Shown here: positions 8,125-17,032 of the stretch, piece after piece
Layout of the letters: the number at the start of each line of letters is the position of its first letter
Position numbering within the stretch: position 1 is the stretch's first letter
NCBI GenBank assembly: GCA_045863235.1
Contig: BTUM01000061.1
Span: 1 to 48,163, forward strand
Reading direction: 5' to 3'
DNA from: Candidatus Xenobia bacterium
GTDB lineage: Bacteria > Vulcanimicrobiota > Xenobia > Xenobiales > QWHO01
DNA: 48,163 nt
Program-made: the position numbers and the translations under genes
The notes under the pieces: model-generated
Databases searched by the model: none
Told to the model about the DNA's origin: nothing
What the model saw: the letters and a program-made list of their open reading frames with translations, nothing else

Positions 8125-11100
8125 TCAGGGAGCAGCTCCCTGGTCGTGCTCCTTCTTGCGCACCACCACGCCGCCCACGATGAGCGACTCGTCGCGCTCC
8201 TCAACGGTGCGACCCTGGCGGGCCAGCATCTGCTCGAGCACGCCCTCCAGGCTGTCAGACAGCACCCTGGTGCCGATCACGGCCATGAAGTCGTCCATCG
8301 CCTGGGCCAGGGTCAGGTGGGCCAGCCGTCCTCCGGGGGCGCGATGCTCTTGCAGGAAGCCGACCACCCGGGCGCCGTCCTCGGGCAGCAGCACCTCCAG
8401 ACTCTTGAGCAGACGGTCGACCTTGCCCTCCGGGCGACTGGCCTCGGCCAGCACCTCGGCAAGCAAGCTGCTCAGGTCCTCGGCCCTGGCCTCGGGAGTC
8501 CAGCGTCGTGAAACGAGCTCGAGGCGCGAGGCCAGATCCACCCGCACCAGTGGGCTCAGGTTGGCGCCATTGGCGGCCAAAGCCGGCCAGAGCTCGCTGG
8601 CAGCGCTCAAGCCCAGGCGTTGGGTCAGCAGCACCAGGGCCTCGACTGACTGGTTGAGCTCCTTGCTGCCCTCCAGCGGCTCGAGCAGGCGCGCCCCCTT
8701 CAGGCCGGCCGAGAGGTTGCCGGTGGCCACGGTCAACCGGGTGATGAGATCCATCCGATCGCGCAGCTTCTCTTGTGGGCACACCAGGGCGCCGGAGAGG
8801 TCGGCCAGAGTGGGGCGGGCCGCTTCGTAGGCGAGCGAGCCAAGCTGCAGCGAGCGGATGCGCACGCCCGCCTGGTTGACCTGATCGTCGGAGGTGAGGC
8901 GCAGGCGCAATTGAGGAGCGCTCGACAACCCCTGCCCCCGCACATCCCACGATCGGGTGGCAAAGCCCGCGCTGCCGTTGAGGCTGTCGAGCTCGACCCA
9001 CTCCTCGCCCTGCCGGGCCTCGAGCTTGAGGGTATCGTAGCCGTCCTCGAGATCGTAGGCCAGCTCCATGGTCAAGGTGGCGGCATCCTGCACCGGACCG
9101 AGCAGCAGCGAGCTGTTGGCGTTGGTCTGGTAACCCGAGCCGTCGTTGTCGCTGAGGATTCCATCGGCTCGGCGCACCCAGTCGTTGAGGCGCAAACCCT
9201 CAGGCAGCTTGCCGGTCATGTCCAGCAGCTCGGTCAGGCGGGCGAACTGAGGAGCGCCGCAGGGCTGCTCGAGCAGGGCCGTGACGAAGGCGGTGCGCTC
9301 TTTCTCGGAGGGCTCAAGGCCCAGCTTGACCTCCAGCGTGGCCGCCTGCTCGCTGAGGAGGGAGGCGCGCGAGGCGGCCTGGAGCGGGTCGGCAGCAGCC
9401 ACCACCGAGGGCCACAGGGACCGCGCCTGAGCCACCCCCAGCGAGCGGGCCAGCAGCGCGGCTGGCTCGAGCTGATCCGGCGACTTGAGCCAGCCGCTCA
9501 CCTCCAGGGCGGCGCTGGATGAGCCCAGTCGCTCGGCCAGGATGGCCGTGGCCTGGAGGCGGGCGGACCGCTCGGCCGGCTGCAGGCGGTCGAACTGGTC
9601 CACCAGCGAGAGCATGGTCCTGGGTCCGGAATCGAGGCGCAGAGCCACCTCGGGCTGCTGAGCGCGCCAGCCGGTCACCAGCATCTGGCGAAGCTGGGGC
9701 CCGACGTCGCTGCCCTGATCGTCGGCCTGCATGCGCAAGCGCAGCTCCAGCTTGCCGCCGTCGAAAGTCGAGAGGTCGAGCTGGTGCTCTTGCTCGGGGA
9801 CCTGCGAGCCAGTGAAGGAGGCCAGGCTCTGCCACTGGCCCCCGGGCCGGCGGGCCTCCAGACACAGGGAGTCGTAGCCGCTCTCCAGCGAGCCCCCCAG
9901 CCGCAATCGCAGGCGGGCGCCGGTGAGACCAGTCAGGTCCAGCGTGGGAGTCGTGGCCGATGCCTTGCAGTCGGCCGGGTAGCTGGGGAAGCCCAGCCCG
10001 TAGCCCGAGCCCTCCACGAAGCGGGTCTGCCAGCCCTGGTCCAGCTTCCAGCCGGCCAGGTCGTCCTCGCGCCCCACCAGCGCCCGCAGGGCCGCTCGCT
10101 CGGGCTCGGACAGGTTGGCGCTGACCAGCTTGCGGGCCCGCTCGAGCTGGGTGCCCAGGTCCAGCGCCTGGCCGGCCTCGGCTGCCAGTCGGCCGCTGGC
10201 CCGGAAGGCCTCCAGGGCGGGTCCGGCCGGCTGGCCGGGAGTAAAGAGAGCGCCTGCGGCCCGAGTTCCCAGGTTGCGCCCAAGCTCGCCCAGGTTCTTG
10301 ACGTCGCTGGGATCGGCCGTCTGCGGCCAGAGCTTGAGGGCCGCGCTGGGCGAGCCCAGGTCCTGCTCCAGCTGCTCCAGCTTGGAAAGCTCATCGCTCA
10401 GCCCGGTCGGGCCGACCGCCACCAGCCGGTCCACCAGCTCCTCGGCCGCGAGCTTTTCGGTGTTGAAGCCGAAGACGGGCCCGGAATGGCTGGAAACCCG
10501 CATGCCCTGGAGGTGGTAGCCCCACTCGTGGCCCTGGTCGTCGGCCTGTAGTCGCAGGCGCAGCTGCACCGTTCCGCCGTCGAAGGCACTGAGATCGATC
10601 AGCTCTCGCTGGTCGTCGGCCTGGCCGGTCCAGGTCTTGAGCGTGGTCCACTCGCCGCCGTCCCGGCGGGCCTGCAGAAAGACGTGGTCGTAGCCCGACT
10701 CCAGGCCGTAACTGTGCTCGAGCACAAGCAGGCTATTCTGGCCCAGGTGCAGCGCCGGGGTGGTCAACGAGCTGTCGGTCGTGCCCTGGTAGCCTCGTTT
10801 GTAGCCTCCACCGGGCAGAGCCTGCCAGCCCTGGTCGGCGACGAAGTCCGGCCTGGCCGGAGGGCGGTCGAGAAAGTCCACCAGAGCGCGGGCCTCGACC
10901 CCGGCCTGGAGCAGTTTGGTGGCCAGCGATTCGGCAGACCCCTGCGACCCGGTCAGGTCCAGCAGTCGCGAGCACTCCGTGAGCCGATCCTCCACGACCG
11001 AAGGCTGGAAGCTCTTGACCTGGGGCCACAGCTTGACGGCCCGGTCCACCCCCACCCGGGAGGCCAGCTCGGAAAGGCGGGCCTCGTCCTCGGTGGGACC

Positions 11101-13593
11101 CAGCGCCGCCGAGAGGGTCAGGGCGGCAGCCGGGCCGCGCTCCACGGCCAGCCGATCGACCCTCGCGATCTGGGCCGCGTCCCCCTGCCGGGCCAGCTCG
11201 GCCAGCTGCTCCAGAGTGCCCTGTCCCCGGTCGAAGCTGAGCTCGCCCAGCTTCAGTGCCCGCAGCGCCACGCCGTCGGAGGAAGACTGGTCGTCGGCGG
11301 TCAGGCGAAAACGCACCCGCACCGTCTGGCTGGCATACGCGGAAAGATCCAGGCGGTGATCGCGCCAACCACTCGAGCCGGTGAAAGAGGTCAGCCGGGT
11401 GAACTTGCCTCCTTCGGGAGCGATCTCCACGTGCAGGTGATCATAGCCCGATTCGAGCTCGTGCCGGAGCTCGAAGCTGAGCTGCGCCTCCGGGCCGAGC
11501 TCGACGGGCGGGGTGGTCAAGGAGCTGTCGCAGTTGTTGTCGTAGTGCGGGTGCACCAGGGCCGGTCCCTCCACCCCCCATTTCCCCTCGAACTTCCAGC
11601 CGGCTGGTTTGTCGCCCATCTTGCCAGCCAGCTCGCGCAGCGTCGCGGCCTCGTCGGTGGTGACGCCCTGCTTGAGCAGCTCGTCGGTCAGCTCAGGACG
11701 CCCGAGCAGCTGGCTGAGCTGATCGAGCTGCACCGTTTGCTCGGCCTTCTCGGCCCAGTTGCCGCTCAGGTTGGGCCACAGCTCGGTGGCCTTGCGCACC
11801 CCCAGCTGCTCGGCCAGCAGGGTGAGGGCGGCCGTCTGCTCGGCGTAATCGCTTTCCTTCTCCCGCCCTTCCAGCACCTTCGCCAGGGCGGCCGCGGCCC
11901 GGTGGTCCCCCAGCCGCCGGCAGGCCTCGCCCAGCCAGGCCGGGTCGGGCTGGGCCAGGGTCAGTCGCACCACCTCGTCGGCGCTGACCGGGGCCGAATC
12001 CAGGCTGAGGGGGGTGTGCACGCGGCCCTGCGCATCGGTGCCCCGCAGGCTCAGCTGGCCGAAGCGGAAGCCGCTTTGCTCGACCTGATCGTCGGCTTGC
12101 AGGCGCCAACGCAGGGTCAGGCTCTGGCCGTCGTACTCGCGCAGGTCCACCTCCACGGCCTCTCCTGAGGAGGAGCCGGTGAAGCTTCTCAGGGTCTGGA
12201 AGCTCTCACCGTTCCGGGAGGCCTCCAGGTGGACCTGGTCATAGCCCTGCTCGAGCTCGTAATCGCAGCGGAAGCTGAGCCGGCAGTGGCTCAATCCCTG
12301 CAGCGAGAGGGGAGGGGAGGTCAGGGTGGTGCGGGCCTCGGTCGGGTAGCTCTGGTCCGGAGAATCGTCGAAGGCCACGCCCAGCGTGGGGTGATCCACC
12401 AGCTTCCAGTCGCCCCGAAAGCCCCGGGCCGGATCGGGGGAGTCCAGGAGCGTGCGCAGCACCGCCTTCTGCTCGGGGGTGGCCCTGGCCAGCCTGGGAT
12501 AGGCGCGGGCGTCCCCGCCGAGGAGCGTCAATAGCTCGCCGTCCTCCTGCGTGAGAGCGAGCTTCTCGTCCTGGCAAACTTTCCAGAGGGCGACCGCCCG
12601 GTCATGCTTTCCCTCGGCCCATCGCTGGGCCTGGTGAGCCGTCTCCAGCAGCTCGCTCAGGCGGCCGGGCTCTTTCTGGTTGCGCTCCAGCACGGCCTGG
12701 TAAAGCGGGTTCTGGCCCAGCCTGGCCAGCGTTTCGGCCTTCTGCTCGGGGGTGCCCGGGGCGGGGTTCTGGCGGACGAAATCGTAGGCCTCTTGCAGGC
12801 CTTTGGGAAAGCGCGGAGCCAGAGCGTCCAGCAACTCTTTCGGCTCTTTCAGGGTGTCGGGGACCCGCTCGAGGTCGTGCTCGCCCAACTGCACGTTCCG
12901 ATAAGCCACCGAGAGATAGCTCTCGCCGTAGCGATAGAGCTCGGCCGGGTCGCCCTGGTAGGAGAAGTTGCCCTGCTGCAGGGCGTGCAGGCCCCGCGCC
13001 AGCTCGGGCTGGCTCAATCCCTGGGGACCCGGCCCCCCGCAAAGGTAGTCGGCCAGCCGGGCCTCCTCGCCCGACTGGAGCACCATCTTTCGCTCGTTGT
13101 CGAGTTGCACCAGCACCTGGGGCGACTCGGAGGTGGTCAGCTCGCGGTAGGCCCCGAACGGCTCCACTCTGCCGGCCAGGTTGCGCAGCGCGGCGGCCGT
13201 CTCGGCCTCATCCGGCGGCGGGGCGCTGCCATAGAAAAAGCGGGCTTGCTCCAGCTCGTGGGCCCCCTCGGTGCGCAGCCAACCCTGGCCTGGAGGGCGC
13301 AGGTCGACTCGCTTGCCTTCCCCGGCACGCCGCTCGGCCTGCTCGGCGTCGATGGACTTGAAGAAGAAGAAGAAGCGTTTCTGGCGGAACTCCACCCCGT
13401 CGGCCCACCGCCCCACCGCCGTCCCGGCCGGACCACCGACGGCGGCGCCGGCCACCGCCGCCAGCGGCAGGCTGGACACGGGGGCGGGAGAGGAGGCCGT
13501 CAGCTCGACCCGGTCGGGGGACTGGCCGGCGGACGCCTGCTGGACTTGATGCGGTCGCCGGGGGAGCGACGCCGAGAGAGGACCGATGATCAC
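8125..13593 (-). CDS. Giant protein with five immune-inhibitor-A/MAM-like beta-sandwich modules separated by helical linkers
   Basis: Five copies containing LE[SQD]GYD and [AS]DDQ, most also with T[ST]P, [FW]TG and DLS-like motifs. GTG start at 13593 chosen because TATGCT lies 6 nt upstream; the ORF is open to 13641. Confidence 0.8.
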   Translation of the reverse strand: MIIGPLSASLPRRPHQVQQASAGQSPDRVELTASSPAPVSSLPLAAVAGAAVGGPAGTAVGRWADGVEFRQKRFFFFFKSIDAEQAERRAGEGKRVDLRPPGQGWLRTEGAHELEQARFFYGSAPPPDEAETAAALRNLAGRVEPFGAYRELTTSESPQVLVQLDNERKMVLQSGEEARLADYLCGGPGPQGLSQPELARGLHALQQGNFSYQGDPAELYRYGESYLSVAYRNVQLGEHDLERVPDTLKEPKELLDALAPRFPKGLQEAYDFVRQNPAPGTPEQKAETLARLGQNPLYQAVLERNQKEPGRLSELLETAHQAQRWAEGKHDRAVALWKVCQDEKLALTQEDGELLTLLGGDARAYPRLARATPEQKAVLRTLLDSPDPARGFRGDWKLVDHPTLGVAFDDSPDQSYPTEARTTLTSPPLSLQGLSHCRLSFRCDYELEQGYDQVHLEASRNGESFQTLRSFTGSSSGEAVEVDLREYDGQSLTLRWRLQADDQVEQSGFRFGQLSLRGTDAQGRVHTPLSLDSAPVSADEVVRLTLAQPDPAWLGEACRRLGDHRAAAALAKVLEGREKESDYAEQTAALTLLAEQLGVRKATELWPNLSGNWAEKAEQTVQLDQLSQLLGRPELTDELLKQGVTTDEAATLRELAGKMGDKPAGWKFEGKWGVEGPALVHPHYDNNCDSSLTTPPVELGPEAQLSFELRHELESGYDHLHVEIAPEGGKFTRLTSFTGSSGWRDHRLDLSAYASQTVRVRFRLTADDQSSSDGVALRALKLGELSFDRGQGTLEQLAELARQGDAAQIARVDRLAVERGPAAALTLSAALGPTEDEARLSELASRVGVDRAVKLWPQVKSFQPSVVEDRLTECSRLLDLTGSQGSAESLATKLLQAGVEARALVDFLDRPPARPDFVADQGWQALPGGGYKRGYQGTTDSSLTTPALHLGQNSLLVLEHSYGLESGYDHVFLQARRDGGEWTTLKTWTGQADDQRELIDLSAFDGGTVQLRLRLQADDQGHEWGYHLQGMRVSSHSGPVFGFNTEKLAAEELVDRLVAVGPTGLSDELSKLEQLEQDLGSPSAALKLWPQTADPSDVKNLGELGRNLGTRAAGALFTPGQPAGPALEAFRASGRLAAEAGQALDLGTQLERARKLVSANLSEPERAALRALVGREDDLAGWKLDQGWQTRFVEGSGYGLGFPSYPADCKASATTPTLDLTGLTGARLRLRLGGSLESGYDSLCLEARRPGGQWQSLASFTGSQVPEQEHQLDLSTFDGGKLELRLRMQADDQGSDVGPQLRQMLVTGWRAQQPEVALRLDSGPRTMLSLVDQFDRLQPAERSARLQATAILAERLGSSSAALEVSGWLKSPDQLEPAALLARSLGVAQARSLWPSVVAAADPLQAASRASLLSEQAATLEVKLGLEPSEKERTAFVTALLEQPCGAPQFARLTELLDMTGKLPEGLRLNDWVRRADGILSDNDGSGYQTNANSSLLLGPVQDAATLTMELAYDLEDGYDTLKLEARQGEEWVELDSLNGSAGFATRSWDVRGQGLSSAPQLRLRLTSDDQVNQAGVRIRSLQLGSLAYEAARPTLADLSGALVCPQEKLRDRMDLITRLTVATGNLSAGLKGARLLEPLEGSKELNQSVEALVLLTQRLGLSAASELWPALAANGANLSPLVRVDLASRLELVSRRWTPEARAEDLSSLLAEVLAEASRPEGKVDRLLKSLEVLLPEDGARVVGFLQEHRAPGGRLAHLTLAQAMDDFMAVIGTRVLSDSLEGVLEQMLARQGRTVEERDESLIVGGVVVRKKEHDQGAAP

Positions 13594-13599
13594 GGGGAT

Positions 13600-13633
13600 A
13601 GCATAGAACCCTGTCCTGACAGGAGTTTGAAAG
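13600..13633 (-). promoter_or_regulatory. Promoter of the giant gene: pho-box-like tandem repeat plus -10
   Basis: Minus strand reads CTTTCAAACTCCTGTCAG-N10-TATGCT-N6-GTG. Confidence 0.55.
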
Positions 13634-13710
13634 GGTCGCAAGGATCTGAGAAGGATCCTCCAAGGATCATGGTTTCCGGTTGTGTCATGCCGGTCTGCCT
13701 CTGGGTCGGT

Positions 13711-13794
13711 GGAGGGCGTTTAGCGCTCGGGCGAGCCCGAGGCCTGGCCGGGGGAGGGCGTTTAGCGCTCGGGCGAGCCCGAGGCCTGGCCGGG
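13711..13794. repeat. Perfect 42-bp tandem duplication containing a REP-like hairpin
   Basis: GGAGGGCGTTTAGCGCTCGGGCGAGCCCGAGGCCTGGCCGGG at 13711-13752 and 13753-13794; internal palindrome CTCGGGC-GA-GCCCGAG. Confidence 0.9.
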
Positions 13795-13939
13795 GGCTGG
13801 CAACGTGGCACGTTGCTCTCAACCTGCTCAGGGCGCCTCAACCAAACCTGGATCCGGCCCCGGCGGTGAAGTTGCGTCCTGGAGAGGGCTTCGCTCTTCG
13901 TCGAGCGGAGCGGCAGGCGGGCTTTGGAGGCCCGGCTCC

Positions 13940-14090
13940 TCGAACATACGCTCGTCCCCCGCGGGGACGAAAATCCTGCCGAACACACTTCGCGCCAGCA
14001 GGTCACAAAGCTTGCGTTAAAGCCAGATGGGGCCGTGCCATCGAACACATGCTCGTCCCCCGCGGGGACGAAAATCCTGCCGAACACACT
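13940..14090. repeat. Two 50-bp direct repeats with an internal hairpin
   Basis: 13940-13989 and 14041-14090 differ at 2 positions; core TCGTCCCC-CGC-GGGGACGA stem. Confidence 0.9.
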
Positions 14091-14225
14091 CGCGTCAGTA
14101 GCCTCAGTACCAGATGCTCCCCACCCTGGCAGGTGCGTATACCCATACCGAAAATCCGCACTTCATCACGGCAAGAATTGCTTTCGTGCCCTGGGCTCAG
14201 CGCGGTGATACGGAAACTGTTGCAT

Positions 14226-15038
14226 CTACTCAGCGGGTGGTGCAGGCCCTCTGGGCACTCGGTGGGCGTTGGCGCGCACCCAGTCGCGCTGCGTGTCCCG
14301 CATCCCCCGACTGACTGCTTCCCCGTCGCTGATCCGGATCGCCTCTTCCAGATCCACCCCACGCCAGAGGCGGTAACAGGCCACGAACAGCCCCGTTCGA
14401 CCTCGCCCCGCCCAGCAGTGAACCAGAGCCGGCCCGCGCGCCTCGACCACCTCGATGAACTCCAGCACCTGCTTGAAAGCGGGCGTCTGCTGGTCCGTCA
14501 CCGGGATGCGGTGATAATCCAGCCCGAGTTTCACGCACATTTGCGACTCGGGCGAGTCGACTCCTTGCGGCGTTTCCTCGCGCAGGTTCACCACTAGCTT
14601 CACACCCATCGAGAGTACTTCGGCCAGGTCGTTTTCTCGCGGCTGGGCTGAGCGATAGAGCCAGGCATCCACCTTCCTGGCCGGGACGGGCACCGGCGTG
14701 GCGTCGCGGTAGGCCGGCACGTCCTTGGGATGGACTGGCACCAGCAGGTCGGCGCAGCCGGCCAGGTATGCGTCCACCTCATCGGCTCGAGCTTCGCCGC
14801 GCACGTCTCGCTCCAGCAGAGCCCCCCCAACTCTCCCAAGCTCACGCCAGCGCTCGGCGTACAGGGGATGGGCCGCGAACACTTCCACCAATCGGCCCAG
14901 ACTGGCCACGTCGCCGGGGAGGTACTGGCCCAGCCGGGTCTGAAGCAACTCCAGGAGTCCGGCGTCCTTGTGCAGTTCCAGACGCGCGTCCAGAAGTTGC
15001 TGTTTGGCGATGATCCGACGGGCGGCCTGGCTCGTCAT
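14226..15038 (-). CDS. Protein tyrosine/dual-specificity phosphatase family protein
   Basis: LYRSAQP, VVNLREE and the catalytic loop VHCWAGRGRTG (HCxxGxxRT). Confidence 0.88.
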   Translation of the reverse strand: MTSQAARRIIAKQQLLDARLELHKDAGLLELLQTRLGQYLPGDVASLGRLVEVFAAHPLYAERWRELGRVGGALLERDVRGEARADEVDAYLAGCADLLVPVHPKDVPAYRDATPVPVPARKVDAWLYRSAQPRENDLAEVLSMGVKLVVNLREETPQGVDSPESQMCVKLGLDYHRIPVTDQQTPAFKQVLEFIEVVEARGPALVHCWAGRGRTGLFVACYRLWRGVDLEEAIRISDGEAVSRGMRDTQRDWVRANAHRVPRGPAPPAE

Positions 15039-15153
15039 TCGGGTGGATTCGTCCAGGGCTGGCAGCGGTCCCCCTCTCAGGAGCGCGGCCGGAGCCCGCG
15101 CGGGAATGGGTCTGCTTGAGGGTTCTTTCAGAGCGCACCGCTAAGCTGAGTCC

Positions 15154-16287
15154 ATGATCTCCTCGATTCCTGGCATCCGTCTGACCTTTGCGCCCCAGCG
15201 CCCCGTAGCCGCCGCCAGCGACGCGGGGCCGGAGAGCGTGGGCGATCAGGTGCAGATCTCGCCCGGTCAGCCAGCTCAGGTCGGCCCTTACGCCCGGGAC
15301 GCCCGCCAGGTCGCCGTCCTGATCGCCGGAGCTGGCAATGCGGGCCTTACCGCCGCCCTCTACACCGCCCGAGCTCAGCTCGATACCCTGGTGATCGGCT
15401 CACCCTACGGCAGCCAGTTGGCCCAGAGCGCCGACGTGGAGAACTTTCCCGGCTTCAAGCGCTCGACCGGGTTCGAGGTGGTCGAGGCCCAGTACAAACA
15501 GGCCGAGGAGGCAGGCGCCAGGTTTGAGGACGCTCAAATCGTGCGCATCGAGGGCGACAAGCCGCCCTTCCGGGTGCACCTGGACGGCGGCGTCGTGATC
15601 GAGTGCCAGGTCCTGATCCTGGCCACGGGGGCGCGGGCACGGCGCCTGGGGATTCCCGGCGAGCAAGAGTTTTTCGGCCGAGGAGTAAGCACCTGCGCCA
15701 CCTGCGATGGACCCTTCTACAAGGGCAAGAACGTGGTGGTCGTGGGGGGCGGCGACACGGCCGTGGGAGACGCCACTGTGCTGGCCAAGGTGGCCTCCAG
15801 CGTCACGCTGGTCCACCGGCGGGGCCAGCTCAGTGCTGAGAAAGTGTTGCAAGAGCGCCTCGAAAAACTCGTGGATGAGGGCAAGGTCAAGCTGGCCCTC
15901 AACAGCGAGGTTCTGTCCGTGCACGGCAAGACGGACGGCGGCGTGGATTCGATCGAGGTCGCCCACCATCCGCAGGGCAGCCCGGCCCAGAAACTCGCCG
16001 CCAGCGGAGGCGACGCGACCGCGGCCGGGGTCGACCGCTCCCAGCTTCCGACTGACGGGCTGTTCCTGGCGGTGGGTCATCTTCCCAATACCGATTTTCT
16101 CAAGGACAGCTCCGTGCAACTGAATGAGCACGGGCACGTGGTAACCCACGATTTCGTCAGCACCAGCGTCCCGGGCATTCTGGCCGCCGGCGACATGACC
16201 GACGTGCCCTATTACCAGGCCAGCGTCGCCTCGGGCTTTGGTGCCATCGCGGGCCTCAAAGCGCGCGAGCTGATCGAGCAGGGATAG
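15154..16287 (+). CDS. trxB: Thioredoxin-disulfide reductase with N-terminal extension
   Basis: GAGNAGLTAA FAD motif, ENFPGF, GVSTCATCDG redox CxxC, GGGDTA, AAGD. Confidence 0.9.
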   Translation: MISSIPGIRLTFAPQRPVAAASDAGPESVGDQVQISPGQPAQVGPYARDARQVAVLIAGAGNAGLTAALYTARAQLDTLVIGSPYGSQLAQSADVENFPGFKRSTGFEVVEAQYKQAEEAGARFEDAQIVRIEGDKPPFRVHLDGGVVIECQVLILATGARARRLGIPGEQEFFGRGVSTCATCDGPFYKGKNVVVVGGGDTAVGDATVLAKVASSVTLVHRRGQLSAEKVLQERLEKLVDEGKVKLALNSEVLSVHGKTDGGVDSIEVAHHPQGSPAQKLAASGGDATAAGVDRSQLPTDGLFLAVGHLPNTDFLKDSSVQLNEHGHVVTHDFVSTSVPGILAAGDMTDVPYYQASVASGFGAIAGLKARELIEQG

Positions 16288-16349
16288 AGCGGCTCGACCC
16301 GGCGCATCTGGCTCTGGCCCCCAGCCGGCATTTCTCGGCCGGCCGCTGA

Positions 16350-16385
16350 TTTTTCAGGTTTTTTTCAGGGTCGACGCATTACAGT
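16350..16385 (+). promoter_or_regulatory. Tandem TTTTTCAGG repeat (11-bp pitch) followed by a -10 element
   Basis: TTTTTCAGG at 16350-16358 and 16361-16369; TACAGT at 16380-16385. Confidence 0.5.
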
Positions 16386-16420
16386 GCCGCCAACGTGCGG
16401 GGGGCTCCAGGAGGTGCTTG

Positions 16421-17032
16421 GTGCGGATCAACCAGGTTTCCCCTCAGCAGTGGCGGCGTCTCGAGGAGTATGCCGAGGCCGCCATCCATATCACGCGGGC
16501 CGGCGTGCGACCGGGCCTGGAGTTTCTCGAGTCCCACGGCAAGAGCATGGGGCACACCCTGGATCTGACCGAGACCCTGAGCGGCACCGACCGCGGCTTT
16601 GCCGCCGGCCTGGGGCTGGCGAACCTGGTGCTGGGCGCGGCCGAGCTCTCCCAGTCGTATCAGGCCCTGTGCGCCGGCGACAAGGTGCGCGGCTACCTCA
16701 ACGCGGCCGGGGGCACGAGCTCGCTGGTGGGCGGTACGGCTCTGGTCTACGCGGCCTGGACCGGCAGCGCGGCCCTGGGCCCACTGGGGCTGACCAACCT
16801 GGGGGCAGCCTCCACCGGCATCGCCGCCGCCGCCGATGGGTTGGAGGACGTGGTGCTGGCCTGCCGGGGCGATCAGGGCAAGCTAGCCACCGGGCTGGGG
16901 GGCCTCAAGGTCGCCTCGGGAGGGGTGTTGCTGGCGGGAGCGATGACCGCCCACCCCACCCTGCAGGCGGCTGGCTCGCTGCTCTACCTGGTAGCAGCGG
17001 GCGGGCAGCACCTGCGGACTCACCTGGCCTGA
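16421..17032 (+). CDS. Hypothetical Gly/Ala-rich membrane protein
   Basis: AGGAGG upstream of GTG; several small-residue hydrophobic helices. Confidence 0.7.
   Translation: MRINQVSPQQWRRLEEYAEAAIHITRAGVRPGLEFLESHGKSMGHTLDLTETLSGTDRGFAAGLGLANLVLGAAELSQSYQALCAGDKVRGYLNAAGGTSSLVGGTALVYAAWTGSAALGPLGLTNLGAASTGIAAAADGLEDVVLACRGDQGKLATGLGGLKVASGGVLLAGAMTAHPTLQAAGSLLYLVAAGGQHLRTHLA

Noticed and set aside
13360..13375. (GAA)n tract encoding FFFFF in the giant protein
   Set aside because: Short, in-frame, and no evidence of variability from a single sequence.
13941..14055. Functional LexA boxes
   Set aside because: Each has a mismatch, lies inside a repeat unit and is not positioned at an SOS gene promoter; mentioned only as a resemblance.
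13940..14090. CRISPR array suggested by hairpin repeats separated by a unique spacer
   Set aside because: Only two units, 50-bp repeats with a 51-bp spacer, and no cas genes in the window.
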